DNA from: Paracoccaceae bacterium
GTDB taxonomy: Bacteria; Pseudomonadota; Alphaproteobacteria; Rhodobacterales; Rhodobacteraceae
Direction: 5' to 3'
DNA length: 64,000 nt
NCBI GenBank assembly: GCA_043727195.1
Contig: JAYSYZ010000136.1
Span: 637-64,636 of the forward strand
This document shows positions 31,477-40,268 of this stretch, piece by piece. The position numbers and the translations under genes are program-made. The notes under the pieces were generated by a model. It saw only the letters and a program-made list of their open reading frames with translations. It did no database searches and was not told the DNA's origin. The first letter of the stretch is position 1; every line of letters starts with the position of its first letter.

Positions 31477-31814
31477 CTGCGCAGCCTATCGCTCTGCCGC
31501 GCAATTCTGGCCAGAGGGGGAGGGCGGCTTTTGGGCGTAGAACCGTCTGTCGTCTTGCGAAATCCTTTTTCAATCGGCCCGCGCAGAGCAGACTGAGGCG
31601 GCGGGTTATTTCCACTTGCCGCGCGCCCGGGAGCGGGTGATTTGGGTCAGGCCGGGACCGCCCGATTTGGTGCGACAGGTGTGTGGAGTCATTACGGTCT
31701 CGTGGTTTCCCTGCGTTCGTCGGTGGTGAGCATGGGATTGAAGACCTGGGATGCAGTGCAGGGCCGCAGAAAAGCGTTTCTGTCATGGGCGCGCAAAGAT
31801 GACCAGCGCGCGGG

Positions 31815-33206
31815 TCATGCGGGCTTCATGCCCCCGTAGGCGTAGATACCGGTGTAGTCGAAAGCGGGTTCATCCCAGGCGATCATCTTGCCGGGGTTCA
31901 GCAGGCCTTTGGGATCCGCCTCGCGTTTGAACGCAAGCTGGCGGTCGTCGACGGATTGCCGCCCGCCCTCTTCGAGCGTGTAGCGGTGCGGATTGAAGAT
32001 CATGCAACCCAGGTCTTCGTGAATGCGGACGATCTCGTCCAGCCGTGCTTCGGTGGTAAATTTCACGAGGGACAGGCCGGCGAACATAGTGGATCCATTT
32101 TCCTTCATCATCTCAAGGTGTTGCAGAACCTCTCCACCCAGTCTGGCCCGGATCGCCTCGATTTTATCAAGATGGTCGGGGGCCGCGTAGCGCACCTGCA
32201 GGTATGTAATCGACGGATCCACCTTGAGGGCCCGCAGGGTGGTGTGGTTCCAGCCATATTCGAACACGGGCCCCGGATCGCGCGGCCAGTCGTGGGCATC
32301 TGACCGATAAATCAACTTTGCCCCCGGGTAGCGCGCGGTGAAGGTCAGGAAGCCGTCCATTGCATGCGGGGCCACCATCAGGCCAAGGACGGCTTGCCCC
32401 GGCTGCAGGTGCGGTGACACGCGCTGGAAATAATCCTGTGCGATGGGGGCCTCGAACACCGTGATCAGCTTTTTCAGGATGCCGTCCTCGCATCCGAGGT
32501 CATGGGCGAAGCGGGCGGCTTCGGGGAATGTCTCGGTGGTCACGAACATCTCAACCCAGTCGTAGGCGGGGGCCAGCGGCATCTCCAGCTCGGTAATGAT
32601 GCCGTTGGTGCCGTAAGCGTGGCTGACGCGGTGCAATTCCTCGCCGGTGAATTCGAGGATGCGCGGCTCCGCCTCCATCGTCACCACGCGCAGGCGGATG
32701 ATGTTGCCAAGGTCGCGCAGCGCACCCCATGTGCAGGAGCCGACGCCGCCAGAGCCACCCGCGATGAAGCCGCCGATAGTGGCAGTTGCCCAAGTGGAGG
32801 AGAACATGCGGAGTTCCTGACGTGAGTGGGCCTTGCAGGCGGCATCCACGTCTTTCAGCAGGCAGCCTGGCTGCACGATGACCCGGCCGGGGTGAATAGC
32901 CGTGACTGCGGACAGGCGCCGCGTGTGCAGCACGATACCGCCCGCCAGCGGCATCGCCTGCCCGTAGTTGCCGGTGCCCGCGCCCCGCGTGGTGACCGGG
33001 ATGTTGTGGGCGTAAGCCACCCGCAGAACCTCGATCACCTCGGCTTCGGATTTTGGCGCCACCACGAAATCGGCGGTGATATGGTCCAGACGGGCCTTCA
33101 GAACCGGCGAATACCAGAAGAAATCGCGGCTTTTGGCGCGGACGGAAACCGGGTTATCGTCAATTTCCAGATGGGCAAGGGCGGCTTTGGCGGCGGCGAG
33201 GGTCAT
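31815..33206 (-). CDS. FAD-binding (PCMH-type, GlcD-like) oxidoreductase
   Basis: 463 aa with the FAD-binding-4 motif (PVTTRGAGTGNYGQAMPLAGGIVL). Last gene of the minus-strand operon. Confidence 0.85.
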   Translation of the reverse strand: MTLAAAKAALAHLEIDDNPVSVRAKSRDFFWYSPVLKARLDHITADFVVAPKSEAEVIEVLRVAYAHNIPVTTRGAGTGNYGQAMPLAGGIVLHTRRLSAVTAIHPGRVIVQPGCLLKDVDAACKAHSRQELRMFSSTWATATIGGFIAGGSGGVGSCTWGALRDLGNIIRLRVVTMEAEPRILEFTGEELHRVSHAYGTNGIITELEMPLAPAYDWVEMFVTTETFPEAARFAHDLGCEDGILKKLITVFEAPIAQDYFQRVSPHLQPGQAVLGLMVAPHAMDGFLTFTARYPGAKLIYRSDAHDWPRDPGPVFEYGWNHTTLRALKVDPSITYLQVRYAAPDHLDKIEAIRARLGGEVLQHLEMMKENGSTMFAGLSLVKFTTEARLDEIVRIHEDLGCMIFNPHRYTLEEGGRQSVDDRQLAFKREADPKGLLNPGKMIAWDEPAFDYTGIYAYGGMKPA

Positions 33207-34429
33207 GGATGCTCCATCAACGTGTCAAGCTCGGCATAGTCGGGCAGGGTGCGGTCGATCACTTCTCCGTTGCGGATCACGATGCGGTCAGATTGCGGCC
33301 GCGACAGCAATTCGTTCCAGTTACGGGCGTGGAATATGATGCAGTTTTGCTCATCAAATGCAGTTGTTGTGCCGATGGCGGTGGCAGGGTTGGTGGTGAA
33401 CGCTTTTACCCAGTCGGTCCCTGTGTGGTCGAGATGGCCGATCCGGGTGGCCTCCCGCATCACTTCCAGCATGTCGAGGTCGCCATAGGCATAGAACGGA
33501 TCGCGGGTGTTGTCGGAGGCGAAACTGAGATTGATCCCGCGCGCCTTCATTTCATGGACAAGGGTGATGCCGCGCATCCGAGGGGTGCGATGCGGCTGGC
33601 GGTCTTGCAGATACAGGTTGCACATCGGCAGGCTGACGACATGGAGGCGGGCTTTGGCAACGAGGTCGAGGGTGCGGAACGCCTCCCCCTCCGCCATCGC
33701 GGAGACGGAGCAGCAGTGGCCGACGATAACCGGGGCATTGAAGCCGGTTTGCAGAACCGCTTCGGCAATCTGGCGCAGGGTGTTGGCGGCAGGGTCAAGC
33801 GTTTCATCGACGTGGAAATCGGCGGAAAGGCCGCGCTCGGTGGCCATCATCAGAAAATCGCGGATACGGTGGGCGATGTCGGGCAGGGGATAAGTGACCA
33901 TGCCGAGGATGCCGCCGTGCGCGGCGACGATGTCGGCAGTGTTGCGGAACGCACCGTCGGTGGAAAAGTCTTCCGCACCGATCAGGCAGGCGGCCTGCAA
34001 GGTGATCCGCCCCGCCCATTCCGCCCGCTTTTCCGCAAAGACCGGAAAACTGATCGCATCTTGCGGCGCGAGGGCGTCAAGGTGAGTGCGGATTGCAGCA
34101 GTGCCGTGGGCATATGCACAGCGAAGCGAGAATTCCATGCGCGCCGCCACATCCCCGGCGGTCCAGCGGGCGGTGCGGTCCGCGCCCACGGTTTTCAGCG
34201 CGCCATCGAAGCTGCCGTCAGGATTGGCGCTGCGCGGCCAGATGTGCCCCTTGTCGAGATGGGTGTGCATGTCGGTAAAACAGGGCAGGACCATCGCGCC
34301 TTTCAGGTCGATGGGTTGGCCATTGCCCAAGCTGGTGCGGATCAGATCGCCGGGTTGGCCCGTGAGGCAAGCAGGCATTGTCACATTCTCCAGCCGCAGG
34401 GGGCCGGGAGGCAGGGTCATGAAATCCAT
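33203..34429 (-). CDS. Cytosine-deaminase-like (CodA family) metal-dependent amidohydrolase
   Basis: HxH motif (FTDMHTHLD), IRTHLD and DFHVDE. The ATG at 34429 overlaps the permease stop (TGATG); the ORF opens at 34462. Confidence 0.85.
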   Translation of the reverse strand: MDFMTLPPGPLRLENVTMPACLTGQPGDLIRTSLGNGQPIDLKGAMVLPCFTDMHTHLDKGHIWPRSANPDGSFDGALKTVGADRTARWTAGDVAARMEFSLRCAYAHGTAAIRTHLDALAPQDAISFPVFAEKRAEWAGRITLQAACLIGAEDFSTDGAFRNTADIVAAHGGILGMVTYPLPDIAHRIRDFLMMATERGLSADFHVDETLDPAANTLRQIAEAVLQTGFNAPVIVGHCCSVSAMAEGEAFRTLDLVAKARLHVVSLPMCNLYLQDRQPHRTPRMRGITLVHEMKARGINLSFASDNTRDPFYAYGDLDMLEVMREATRIGHLDHTGTDWVKAFTTNPATAIGTTTAFDEQNCIIFHARNWNELLSRPQSDRIVIRNGEVIDRTLPDYAELDTLMEHP

Positions 34430-35292
34430 CAGGTTTCCCGCTTTATCGCACTTTCGTGCCATTTGCGCAGCAGCATGTGGGACAGGAACGACAGACCTGC
34501 AAAGATCACCACGCCGGAGGCCGCGATAAGCAGGAGGGCCGCAAACATGCGGGGAATGTTCAGGCGATACCCAGCCTCAAGGATGCGGAAGGCGAGGCCG
34601 GAGCCGATGCCGCCGGTGCCCGCGACGTATTCGGCAACGATTGCCCCGATCAGCGAAAGGCCACCGGCGATGCGCAATCCGCCGAGGAAATAGGGCAGCG
34701 CCGAGGGGAGTTGCAGGAACCGCAGTCGCTGCCAGCGGGTGGCGCCGTAGATGCGGAACAGGTCGCGCAGGTTGTGGTCGGTGGAGTTTAGGCCAAGCGT
34801 GGTGTTGGCGAGGATCGGGAAGAACGCCACGATCCAGGCGCAGAGCAGCAAGCCCACGGTGCGATTGTCAACATAGATGAAGATCAGGGGGGCGATCGAG
34901 ACGACCGGCGTCACCTGCAGGATCACCGCGTAGGGGTAGAACGACATCTCGGCAAAGCGGCTCTGGTTGAACAGGATGGCAAGGCCGACACCGCCGATCA
35001 CCGCGACGGCCAGCGCCATCAGCGTGATCTGCAGGGTTACCAATAGCGCGTCGAACAGGATCGCCCAGTCCTTGACCAGCGTTTCAAGCACCAGACCGGG
35101 GCCGGGCAGGATGTAATGCGGGATTTCGTTCCAGATGACGACGCGGTCCCAAGCCACGACCATGATCACGAAGACCAGCGCGGGAAGCACCCATTTCGCA
35201 ACGCTTTCAGTGCGGGCGGCGCGGGCACGGCGGGCCTCTTCGGCGTCGACTTGCGCCTCGGCGCGGGTCAAGGGGGTGTCGGCGAGGGTCAT
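34429..35292 (-). CDS. ABC transporter permease (NitT/TauT family)
   Basis: 287 aa with 6 TM segments and a binding-protein-dependent transport signature region. Confidence 0.9.
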   Translation of the reverse strand: MTLADTPLTRAEAQVDAEEARRARAARTESVAKWVLPALVFVIMVVAWDRVVIWNEIPHYILPGPGLVLETLVKDWAILFDALLVTLQITLMALAVAVIGGVGLAILFNQSRFAEMSFYPYAVILQVTPVVSIAPLIFIYVDNRTVGLLLCAWIVAFFPILANTTLGLNSTDHNLRDLFRIYGATRWQRLRFLQLPSALPYFLGGLRIAGGLSLIGAIVAEYVAGTGGIGSGLAFRILEAGYRLNIPRMFAALLLIAASGVVIFAGLSFLSHMLLRKWHESAIKRET

Positions 35293-35323
35293 GCCGTCTT
35301 ACCCCTTTTCATCGTGTCTCTTG

Positions 35324-35516
35324 TGGTGAGAAGCTGCAGGGGCGCAGGCGATGCGGGTATGGTTGTCGATCTGGCTGCCGTTAATGGCTTGGGTGGCTGA
35401 GCCGCCCGTGTCGCCGCCCTTGTTCGACCGCTGATTACGCGATGCCCATGATGGCTTTGTAAGGCGATGCCTGCGAGACGGGGCATGCAGGTCCGGGGCA
35501 AGGGGAGGGAAGCGCC
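35324..35516 (+). ncRNA. Candidate IS110 bridge RNA in the non-coding left end
   Basis: A 193-nt non-coding leader 5' of the recombinase. Hairpin GGGUGGC-UGA-GCCGCCC (35391-35407) is flanked by segments matching the insertion-site flanks. No covariance model was run. Confidence 0.3.
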
Positions 35517-36707
35517 ATGCCGATTTCCGTCGGGATGGATGTCGCCAGGGTTCTGCAGTGGGCCAGTGCCATGGATGAGGCGGGCCGGACATGCCTCGAC
35601 CGGGTGGTCGAGAATACGCCGGAGGGGATCGCCTCCTTCATGGCCGACCTGCGCGCGCTCGCGACCGAACGCGGCGGCGAGCCGGTGATCGGGCTCGATG
35701 TCGTGGGGTCGTTCGCGCATTTCGTCGAGGCGTCCTTGCTGGCCAAAGGCTTCCGGCTCGTCGATGCGCCGGGAATCGCCGTGAACCGTGCGGGCCAGGG
35801 CTTTGCCGGGGGCGAGCGCAAGTCCGACCCCCGTGATGCCCGCACCATCGCCGATCTGCTGCGCACCCGTGATCTGCGCAGGGTCCCGCCCGACGCCGGG
35901 ACGGTGGTGGCACTCAGGCTCAAAATCGGTCGCCGCCGCGATCTGACCGAGGAGCAGACACGCCGCCTCAACCGCCTGTGGGGGTTTCTGGGCGGTCTGC
36001 ATCCGGGCCTGGAACGCGATCTGGACGTCACCTGCAAGGGGCCGCGCGCCCTCTTGACCCGTTATTTCACCCCGGTCGAAATCCGCCGGGCGGGCAAGCG
36101 GCGGATCATGGCGCATCTGGCCAATACCCCGCATCTGCATGGCCCCGAGGCGCTGGCCGAACGCGCCATTGCCGCCGACCGCGCCCAGACGCTGGCCGTT
36201 CCCGGCGAGGCGGCCATGGCCGAACTGGTCCGCGAGGTTGCCGCCGAGGCGCCGGACACCAGAACGAAGATCGCCCGCCTCGACCGCGACCTTGCCGCCC
36301 TTCTTGCCCTGCACCCTGACGGCGCCCTCATCCGTTCGCGGCCGGGTATCGGGGCGGTGCGCGCGGCAGAGTTCATCGCCTGCGTCAGTGACATCCGCCG
36401 GGTTCCCTCGGCCGATGCCCTTGCCTCGGCCGCAGGCCTTGCCCCCGTCATCCGCCAGTCGGGAAAACAGACAGGCTGGCGGCGGACCTTCGGCAGCGAC
36501 AAGGCTCTCAAGCGCGTCTTCCATCAGGGCGCCTGCTGCGCCGTCTGCACCAGGGGTCAGCTCTCCAACGCCTTCTACGACCGCAAGCGCCGCGGTGGAA
36601 AACACCATACCGAGGCACTGATCGCCCTCGCGCGCCGCCGGGTCACCGTGCTCTGGACAATGCTGCAACACCGCGAAACCTTCGATCCCTTCAGAAAAGC
36701 CGCTTGA
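35517..36707 (+). CDS. IS110-family transposase (DEDD RuvC-like N-domain + C-terminal transposase-20 type domain)
   Basis: 396 aa. N-terminus ISVGMDVA...; C-domain LIRSRPGIGAVRAAEFIACVSDIRRVPSADALASAAGLAPVIRQSGK. GGGAGGG SD. Confidence 0.9.
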   Translation: MPISVGMDVARVLQWASAMDEAGRTCLDRVVENTPEGIASFMADLRALATERGGEPVIGLDVVGSFAHFVEASLLAKGFRLVDAPGIAVNRAGQGFAGGERKSDPRDARTIADLLRTRDLRRVPPDAGTVVALRLKIGRRRDLTEEQTRRLNRLWGFLGGLHPGLERDLDVTCKGPRALLTRYFTPVEIRRAGKRRIMAHLANTPHLHGPEALAERAIAADRAQTLAVPGEAAMAELVREVAAEAPDTRTKIARLDRDLAALLALHPDGALIRSRPGIGAVRAAEFIACVSDIRRVPSADALASAAGLAPVIRQSGKQTGWRRTFGSDKALKRVFHQGACCAVCTRGQLSNAFYDRKRRGGKHHTEALIALARRRVTVLWTMLQHRETFDPFRKAA

Positions 36708-36715
36708 CTTGGCCA

Positions 36716-37513
36716 TTACACCGCCTCTCCCATTGCGGCATGCAGAGCGCGCGAGGCGACCTGGCAGTGGGCGGCGTAGTCGGCTGAGGTGCGAAACGCC
36801 TCATCGCGGGGATAGGGGGCGGTGACGAGCAATTCCTCGATCACCCGGCCCGGTCGGGCTGCCATGACGACGATGCGGTCGGAGAGGAAGACGGATTCGA
36901 ACACGGAATGGGTGACGAAGATCACCGTGCAGCCGATGTTCGCCTTTAGCGCCAGAAGATCAGTGTTCAATTTGTGGCGGGTGATCTCGTCCAGTGCGGC
37001 GAAGGGTTCGTCCATCAGGATGAGACGGGGGTTGGTCACGAGCGCCCGGGCGATGGAGACGCGCATCTTCATGCCGCCGGATAGTTCACGGGGATAGGCG
37101 TCGAGGAATGGCGACAGACCGACCAGCGACAAGGCTTCTTCGACCTCGCTGCGGACCTCCGGGTAGGATTTCCCGCGTAGCCGGAACGGCAGGAACACGT
37201 TCTGTGCGACCGTCGCCCACGGCATCAGGGTAGGTTCCTGAAACACCACGCCCAGATCATCGCGGCTCTGCCCGCCTTCCCACAAGATCCGGCCAGAGGT
37301 GGGGTTCGACAGCCCGGCAATCAGGCGGAGTGCTGTGGACTTGCCACAGCCGGAAGGGCCCAGCAGCGAGATGAAATCGCCCTCGTTCACGGTCAGCGAC
37401 ATGTCGCGCAGCGCCGTCACATTGCCGTTGAAGACTTTGGCAACGCGCGACACCTCCAGCACTTTCGGGCGCTGGCCAAGCGGCAGGGTGGGTCGATGGA
37501 GCAGGTCTGACAT
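36716..37513 (-). CDS. ABC transporter ATP-binding protein (NitT/TauT family)
   Basis: 265 aa with Walker A GPSGCGKST, signature LSGGMKMRV and Walker B ILMDEPF. Confidence 0.93.
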   Translation of the reverse strand: MSDLLHRPTLPLGQRPKVLEVSRVAKVFNGNVTALRDMSLTVNEGDFISLLGPSGCGKSTALRLIAGLSNPTSGRILWEGGQSRDDLGVVFQEPTLMPWATVAQNVFLPFRLRGKSYPEVRSEVEEALSLVGLSPFLDAYPRELSGGMKMRVSIARALVTNPRLILMDEPFAALDEITRHKLNTDLLALKANIGCTVIFVTHSVFESVFLSDRIVVMAARPGRVIEELLVTAPYPRDEAFRTSADYAAHCQVASRALHAAMGEAV

Positions 37514-37530
37514 GGATCTTCCACGGATGA

Positions 37531-37550
37531 GGAGGGCCCTGCAGCCCTCC
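37531..37550 (-). other. Intercistronic stem-loop between the SBP and ATPase genes
   Basis: Perfect 7-bp stem GGAGGGC / GCCCTCC with a 6-nt loop, read from the sequence. No U-tract. Confidence 0.4.
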
Positions 37551-37567
37551 CGTTGGTGTAGGTTGGG

Positions 37568-38578
37568 TTACATCTTCGGCTTCAGATCCATCCCGACACC
37601 CTTGTTGACGAAGGATGTGTTGATCGTCGATGCCCAATCGATGTCGGCGGCAACCACCCCGGCGGTGACCATCTTGTCGAAGAAATCCTTCACCTTGGTT
37701 TCGGTCATCGCGCCAATCCCCATTGTTTCTGTGTCACCCGAATCCACGATTCCCGCCGATTTCATCTTTTCGATGGCATAGGCGATGGCCTCATCCGTGA
37801 TGTCGGGATTGTCGGTCTTGATCATCGTATTGGCGGCGGCATTGTCGTTGTAGAGATAGTTGTACCAGCCCTTGATCGACCCTTCGACAAAGCAGGTTAC
37901 CTGCTCGGGCTTGGTGGCCACCGTGTCGGCCATCGTCTCGATCAGGGTGGAATAGGTGGAATATCCCGCATCGGCAATCAGGAAGACGTCGGGTTCAAAC
38001 CCCGCTTCCTTGGCCACCATATAGGGTTCGGACGACAGATAGCCCTGCATTCCCCAGTTTTCGTTGGCGATGAACGGGGCGGGGTTGAAGGTGTAGACTT
38101 CGCGCTGTTCGTCGGTAAAACCGTAAGCGGCCTTCATCCACTGGTAAAAGCTGGCATAGCCCTGATCGCCGATCAGGATCTTGTCGAGTTTTTTCAGATC
38201 CTCGAACGTCGCGGCCTTGCCGGGATGGGCAAGAATGACCTGCGGTTCTTTCTGGAACGCGGCGGCCACGGCAACAATCGGCACACCTTCGGCAGCGGCA
38301 GAGAATGCCTCAAGCAGATTGCCACCCATGTGGTAGTCCACCTTCCCGGCAATCATCAGGGCGCGGTTGTTCACCTGCGGGCCGCCCGGCTGGATCGTCA
38401 CGTCCAGCCCACAGGCGGCATATGTGCCGTCGGCAACCGACTGGTAAAAGCCACCGTGTTCCGCCTGAGCCAGCCAGTTCGTGCCGAATACGACGGCGAC
38501 GTTTTGAGCCATGGCGGGGGCAGCGCCAAGGGCAGCAGTCAAAGCAGTGGCGCCAAGGGCGCGGGCGGTGATGGACAT
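37568..38578 (-). CDS. ABC transporter substrate-binding protein (NMT1/THI5 / ThiY-like)
   Basis: ATG at 38578 lies 6 nt after GGAGGA. Signal peptide MSITARALGATALTAALGAAPAMAQ. NMT1-like core (NWLAQAEHGGFYQ). The ORF opens at 38773. Confidence 0.88.
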   Translation of the reverse strand: MSITARALGATALTAALGAAPAMAQNVAVVFGTNWLAQAEHGGFYQSVADGTYAACGLDVTIQPGGPQVNNRALMIAGKVDYHMGGNLLEAFSAAAEGVPIVAVAAAFQKEPQVILAHPGKAATFEDLKKLDKILIGDQGYASFYQWMKAAYGFTDEQREVYTFNPAPFIANENWGMQGYLSSEPYMVAKEAGFEPDVFLIADAGYSTYSTLIETMADTVATKPEQVTCFVEGSIKGWYNYLYNDNAAANTMIKTDNPDITDEAIAYAIEKMKSAGIVDSGDTETMGIGAMTETKVKDFFDKMVTAGVVAADIDWASTINTSFVNKGVGMDLKPKM

Positions 38579-38810
38579 GGGCATTCCTCCTGAAGAACCT
38601 GATTGTGTGGGCAGCCTAGTCGGAGCGTGCGGAGAGGCGAGGGGCATCTCGGCCAGTGAGGGGAATTTGCGGTGGAAAAGCTTTTCCTTGGTGCATGTCC
38701 GGGATAATCCTGCCCAAAACTTACGCAGATACGGCAGCAAGGCAAGATCAACGTGTGCAACGCTGGATTGCATCGCCCGGATGCTGACTGCTCGCCACAG
38801 GAGACTGACG

Positions 38811-39200
38811 ATGAAAATGCTTAGCCCGATCGAGATTGCGCCACCTTTCGCATCCTATGCGCATGGGGTGGAGGTGCCTGCGGGCTGTCGTCTTGTGGTC
38901 ACCTCGGGCCAACTGGCGTTGACAGGTGATGGCACGGTGCCGGATGGGGCTGAGGCGCAGGCGCGGCTTTGTCTGGCCAATTGCACCGCGATCCTGCGTG
39001 AGGCGGGGATGGGGCCTGCCGATGTGATCCGGATCAACGCCTATGTCACGGCGCGCGCGCACATGGCAGGCTACATGGCGGCACGGGATGCCTGGCTGGC
39101 GGGGATCACCCGGCTTCCGGCCTCGACGCTGGTGATCGTCTCGGGGTTCACCCGTGCGGAATTTCTGGTGGAGGTGGAAGTGACCGCTGCGAAAGTCTGA
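38811..39200 (+). CDS. RidA/YjgF-family protein
   Basis: 129 aa from the ATG at 38811. RidA-like (TSGQLAL..., INAYV, EVEVTA). Confidence 0.85.
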   Translation: MKMLSPIEIAPPFASYAHGVEVPAGCRLVVTSGQLALTGDGTVPDGAEAQARLCLANCTAILREAGMGPADVIRINAYVTARAHMAGYMAARDAWLAGITRLPASTLVIVSGFTRAEFLVEVEVTAAKV

Positions 39201-39203
39201 TGG

Positions 39204-40268
39204 TCAGTAGCCGGTCATTTCCAGATAGCCACGCCCGGTGTGGCTGCCGGAAATGGCAATCGGACCTTCCCAATAGGGCACCTTGGTATCCATCCATGCC
39301 TGCGGGTTCAACGCCGACAAAGTGACATCAAGACCGCGTTCAGGAAGGGTCAGCCGCCATTCCACCGGCAGATCGCGCCCGGCGACTGTTGCTGTGGACA
39401 AAGGTTCCGCCTGCAGCGCACCCGGGGCTAGCGGTGTCGGGATGCCGTCTGCAGCGATCCAGGTGCCAGAGGTGAAGCCCGACCCGCCATCGCGCAGCAC
39501 AAAGCCCATCAGCCGGGATCCATCGTCAAACATCAGCGAAAACCAGTCCCAGCCGGTCTGGTCAGCGGCAAGGGGCTGGGACGACCATTCCCGGTCAAGC
39601 CAGGCCTGCCCGATGACGGCAACCGGCCCTGTCGGCAGGTTCAGCCGACCGGTAACGGTATAGAACGGCTGCGAGTAATAGTGGCTGGCCTGACCTTCGG
39701 CCGATTTCACCGAATAGCCCTGTTCGCCTTGTGCAACGAGCGGCCCTTTTGCAGAGAGATCAAGGGTGTAGGAAAACACCTCGCCACGCGCCGATAAGGT
39801 CAGTGCTGACAATGGGTCACTGTCTTTCACCGCGCGGCTGACCATCTGCCAGTTGTCGATCCAGGCGGTAAACGGTGCGTCCAGCGACACGCCTGCCTGC
39901 CCGACGCCGCCGCGCGCCAGCCGTTCAGCGACATGATGGGCGTCTGGCGTGGTGACGGCTGCATGACCCATCCAAAGCTGCGGGCTTTGCCAACCCGGTA
40001 CCTCGCGCAACGGTTCATCGGGGGCGGTTGCGGTGCGGAACAGGGTCCACTGCGCGCCGTAATCCTTTCCGTCTGCGCCGGTAAGAGTGGCCGTCACATA
40101 CCACCATTCGATGCGGAAATCGGGGTGGGCACCGTGATCGGCGGGAAATTCCAGCCTGTAGTCTGGATCGGGCAGGGCGAAGCCTGTCGCCGGGGCGCCC
40201 ATGTCGGCAAAGCCTTGCGCCAGTGCTGGCGACGTCAACCACGTGAAGATCAGCGCTTTAACGTTCAT
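39204..40268 (-). CDS. AttH / CrtC-like lipocalin-domain protein (secreted)
   Basis: The ATG at 40268 gives signal peptide MNVKALIFTWLTSPALAQG. Motif FRIEWWYVTA typical of the AttH/hydroxyneurosporene-synthase family. Confidence 0.8.
   Translation of the reverse strand: MNVKALIFTWLTSPALAQGFADMGAPATGFALPDPDYRLEFPADHGAHPDFRIEWWYVTATLTGADGKDYGAQWTLFRTATAPDEPLREVPGWQSPQLWMGHAAVTTPDAHHVAERLARGGVGQAGVSLDAPFTAWIDNWQMVSRAVKDSDPLSALTLSARGEVFSYTLDLSAKGPLVAQGEQGYSVKSAEGQASHYYSQPFYTVTGRLNLPTGPVAVIGQAWLDREWSSQPLAADQTGWDWFSLMFDDGSRLMGFVLRDGGSGFTSGTWIAADGIPTPLAPGALQAEPLSTATVAGRDLPVEWRLTLPERGLDVTLSALNPQAWMDTKVPYWEGPIAISGSHTGRGYLEMTGY

Larger units (their letters stand above)
35324..36711 (+). mobile_element. 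IS110-family insertion sequence (ends approximate)
   Basis: It contains the IS110 transposase ORF and sits between the ABC ATPase and permease genes. CTTG occurs at both proposed junctions (35320-35323 and 36708-36711). I saw no terminal inverted repeats, as expected for IS110. Confidence 0.75.

Noticed and set aside
31477-31814. 338-bp gap after the RES toxin gene, with short ORFs (63-65 aa), as a possible third TA component or gene remnant
   Set aside because: The translations show no motifs or plausible starts with an SD, and I noticed no repeats or RNA-like structure.
35289-36716. 475-aa ORF on the minus strand covering the whole IS110 region
   Set aside because: It is exactly antisense to a well-supported IS110 transposase ORF. 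It has no recognisable domains and an Arg/Gly/Ala-rich composition typical of shadow ORFs in high-GC DNA.
38586-38716. TPP-riboswitch-like fragments (CUGAAGAACCUGAU at ~38590 and CCGGGAUAAUCCUGCC at ~38699) next to a ThiY-like binding-protein gene
   Set aside because: The two fragments are about 100 nt apart instead of contiguous. They are on the + strand, the wrong strand for the SBP gene. No GGGG...CUGAGA P2/P3 core could be assembled on either strand, so it does not fold as a THI element.
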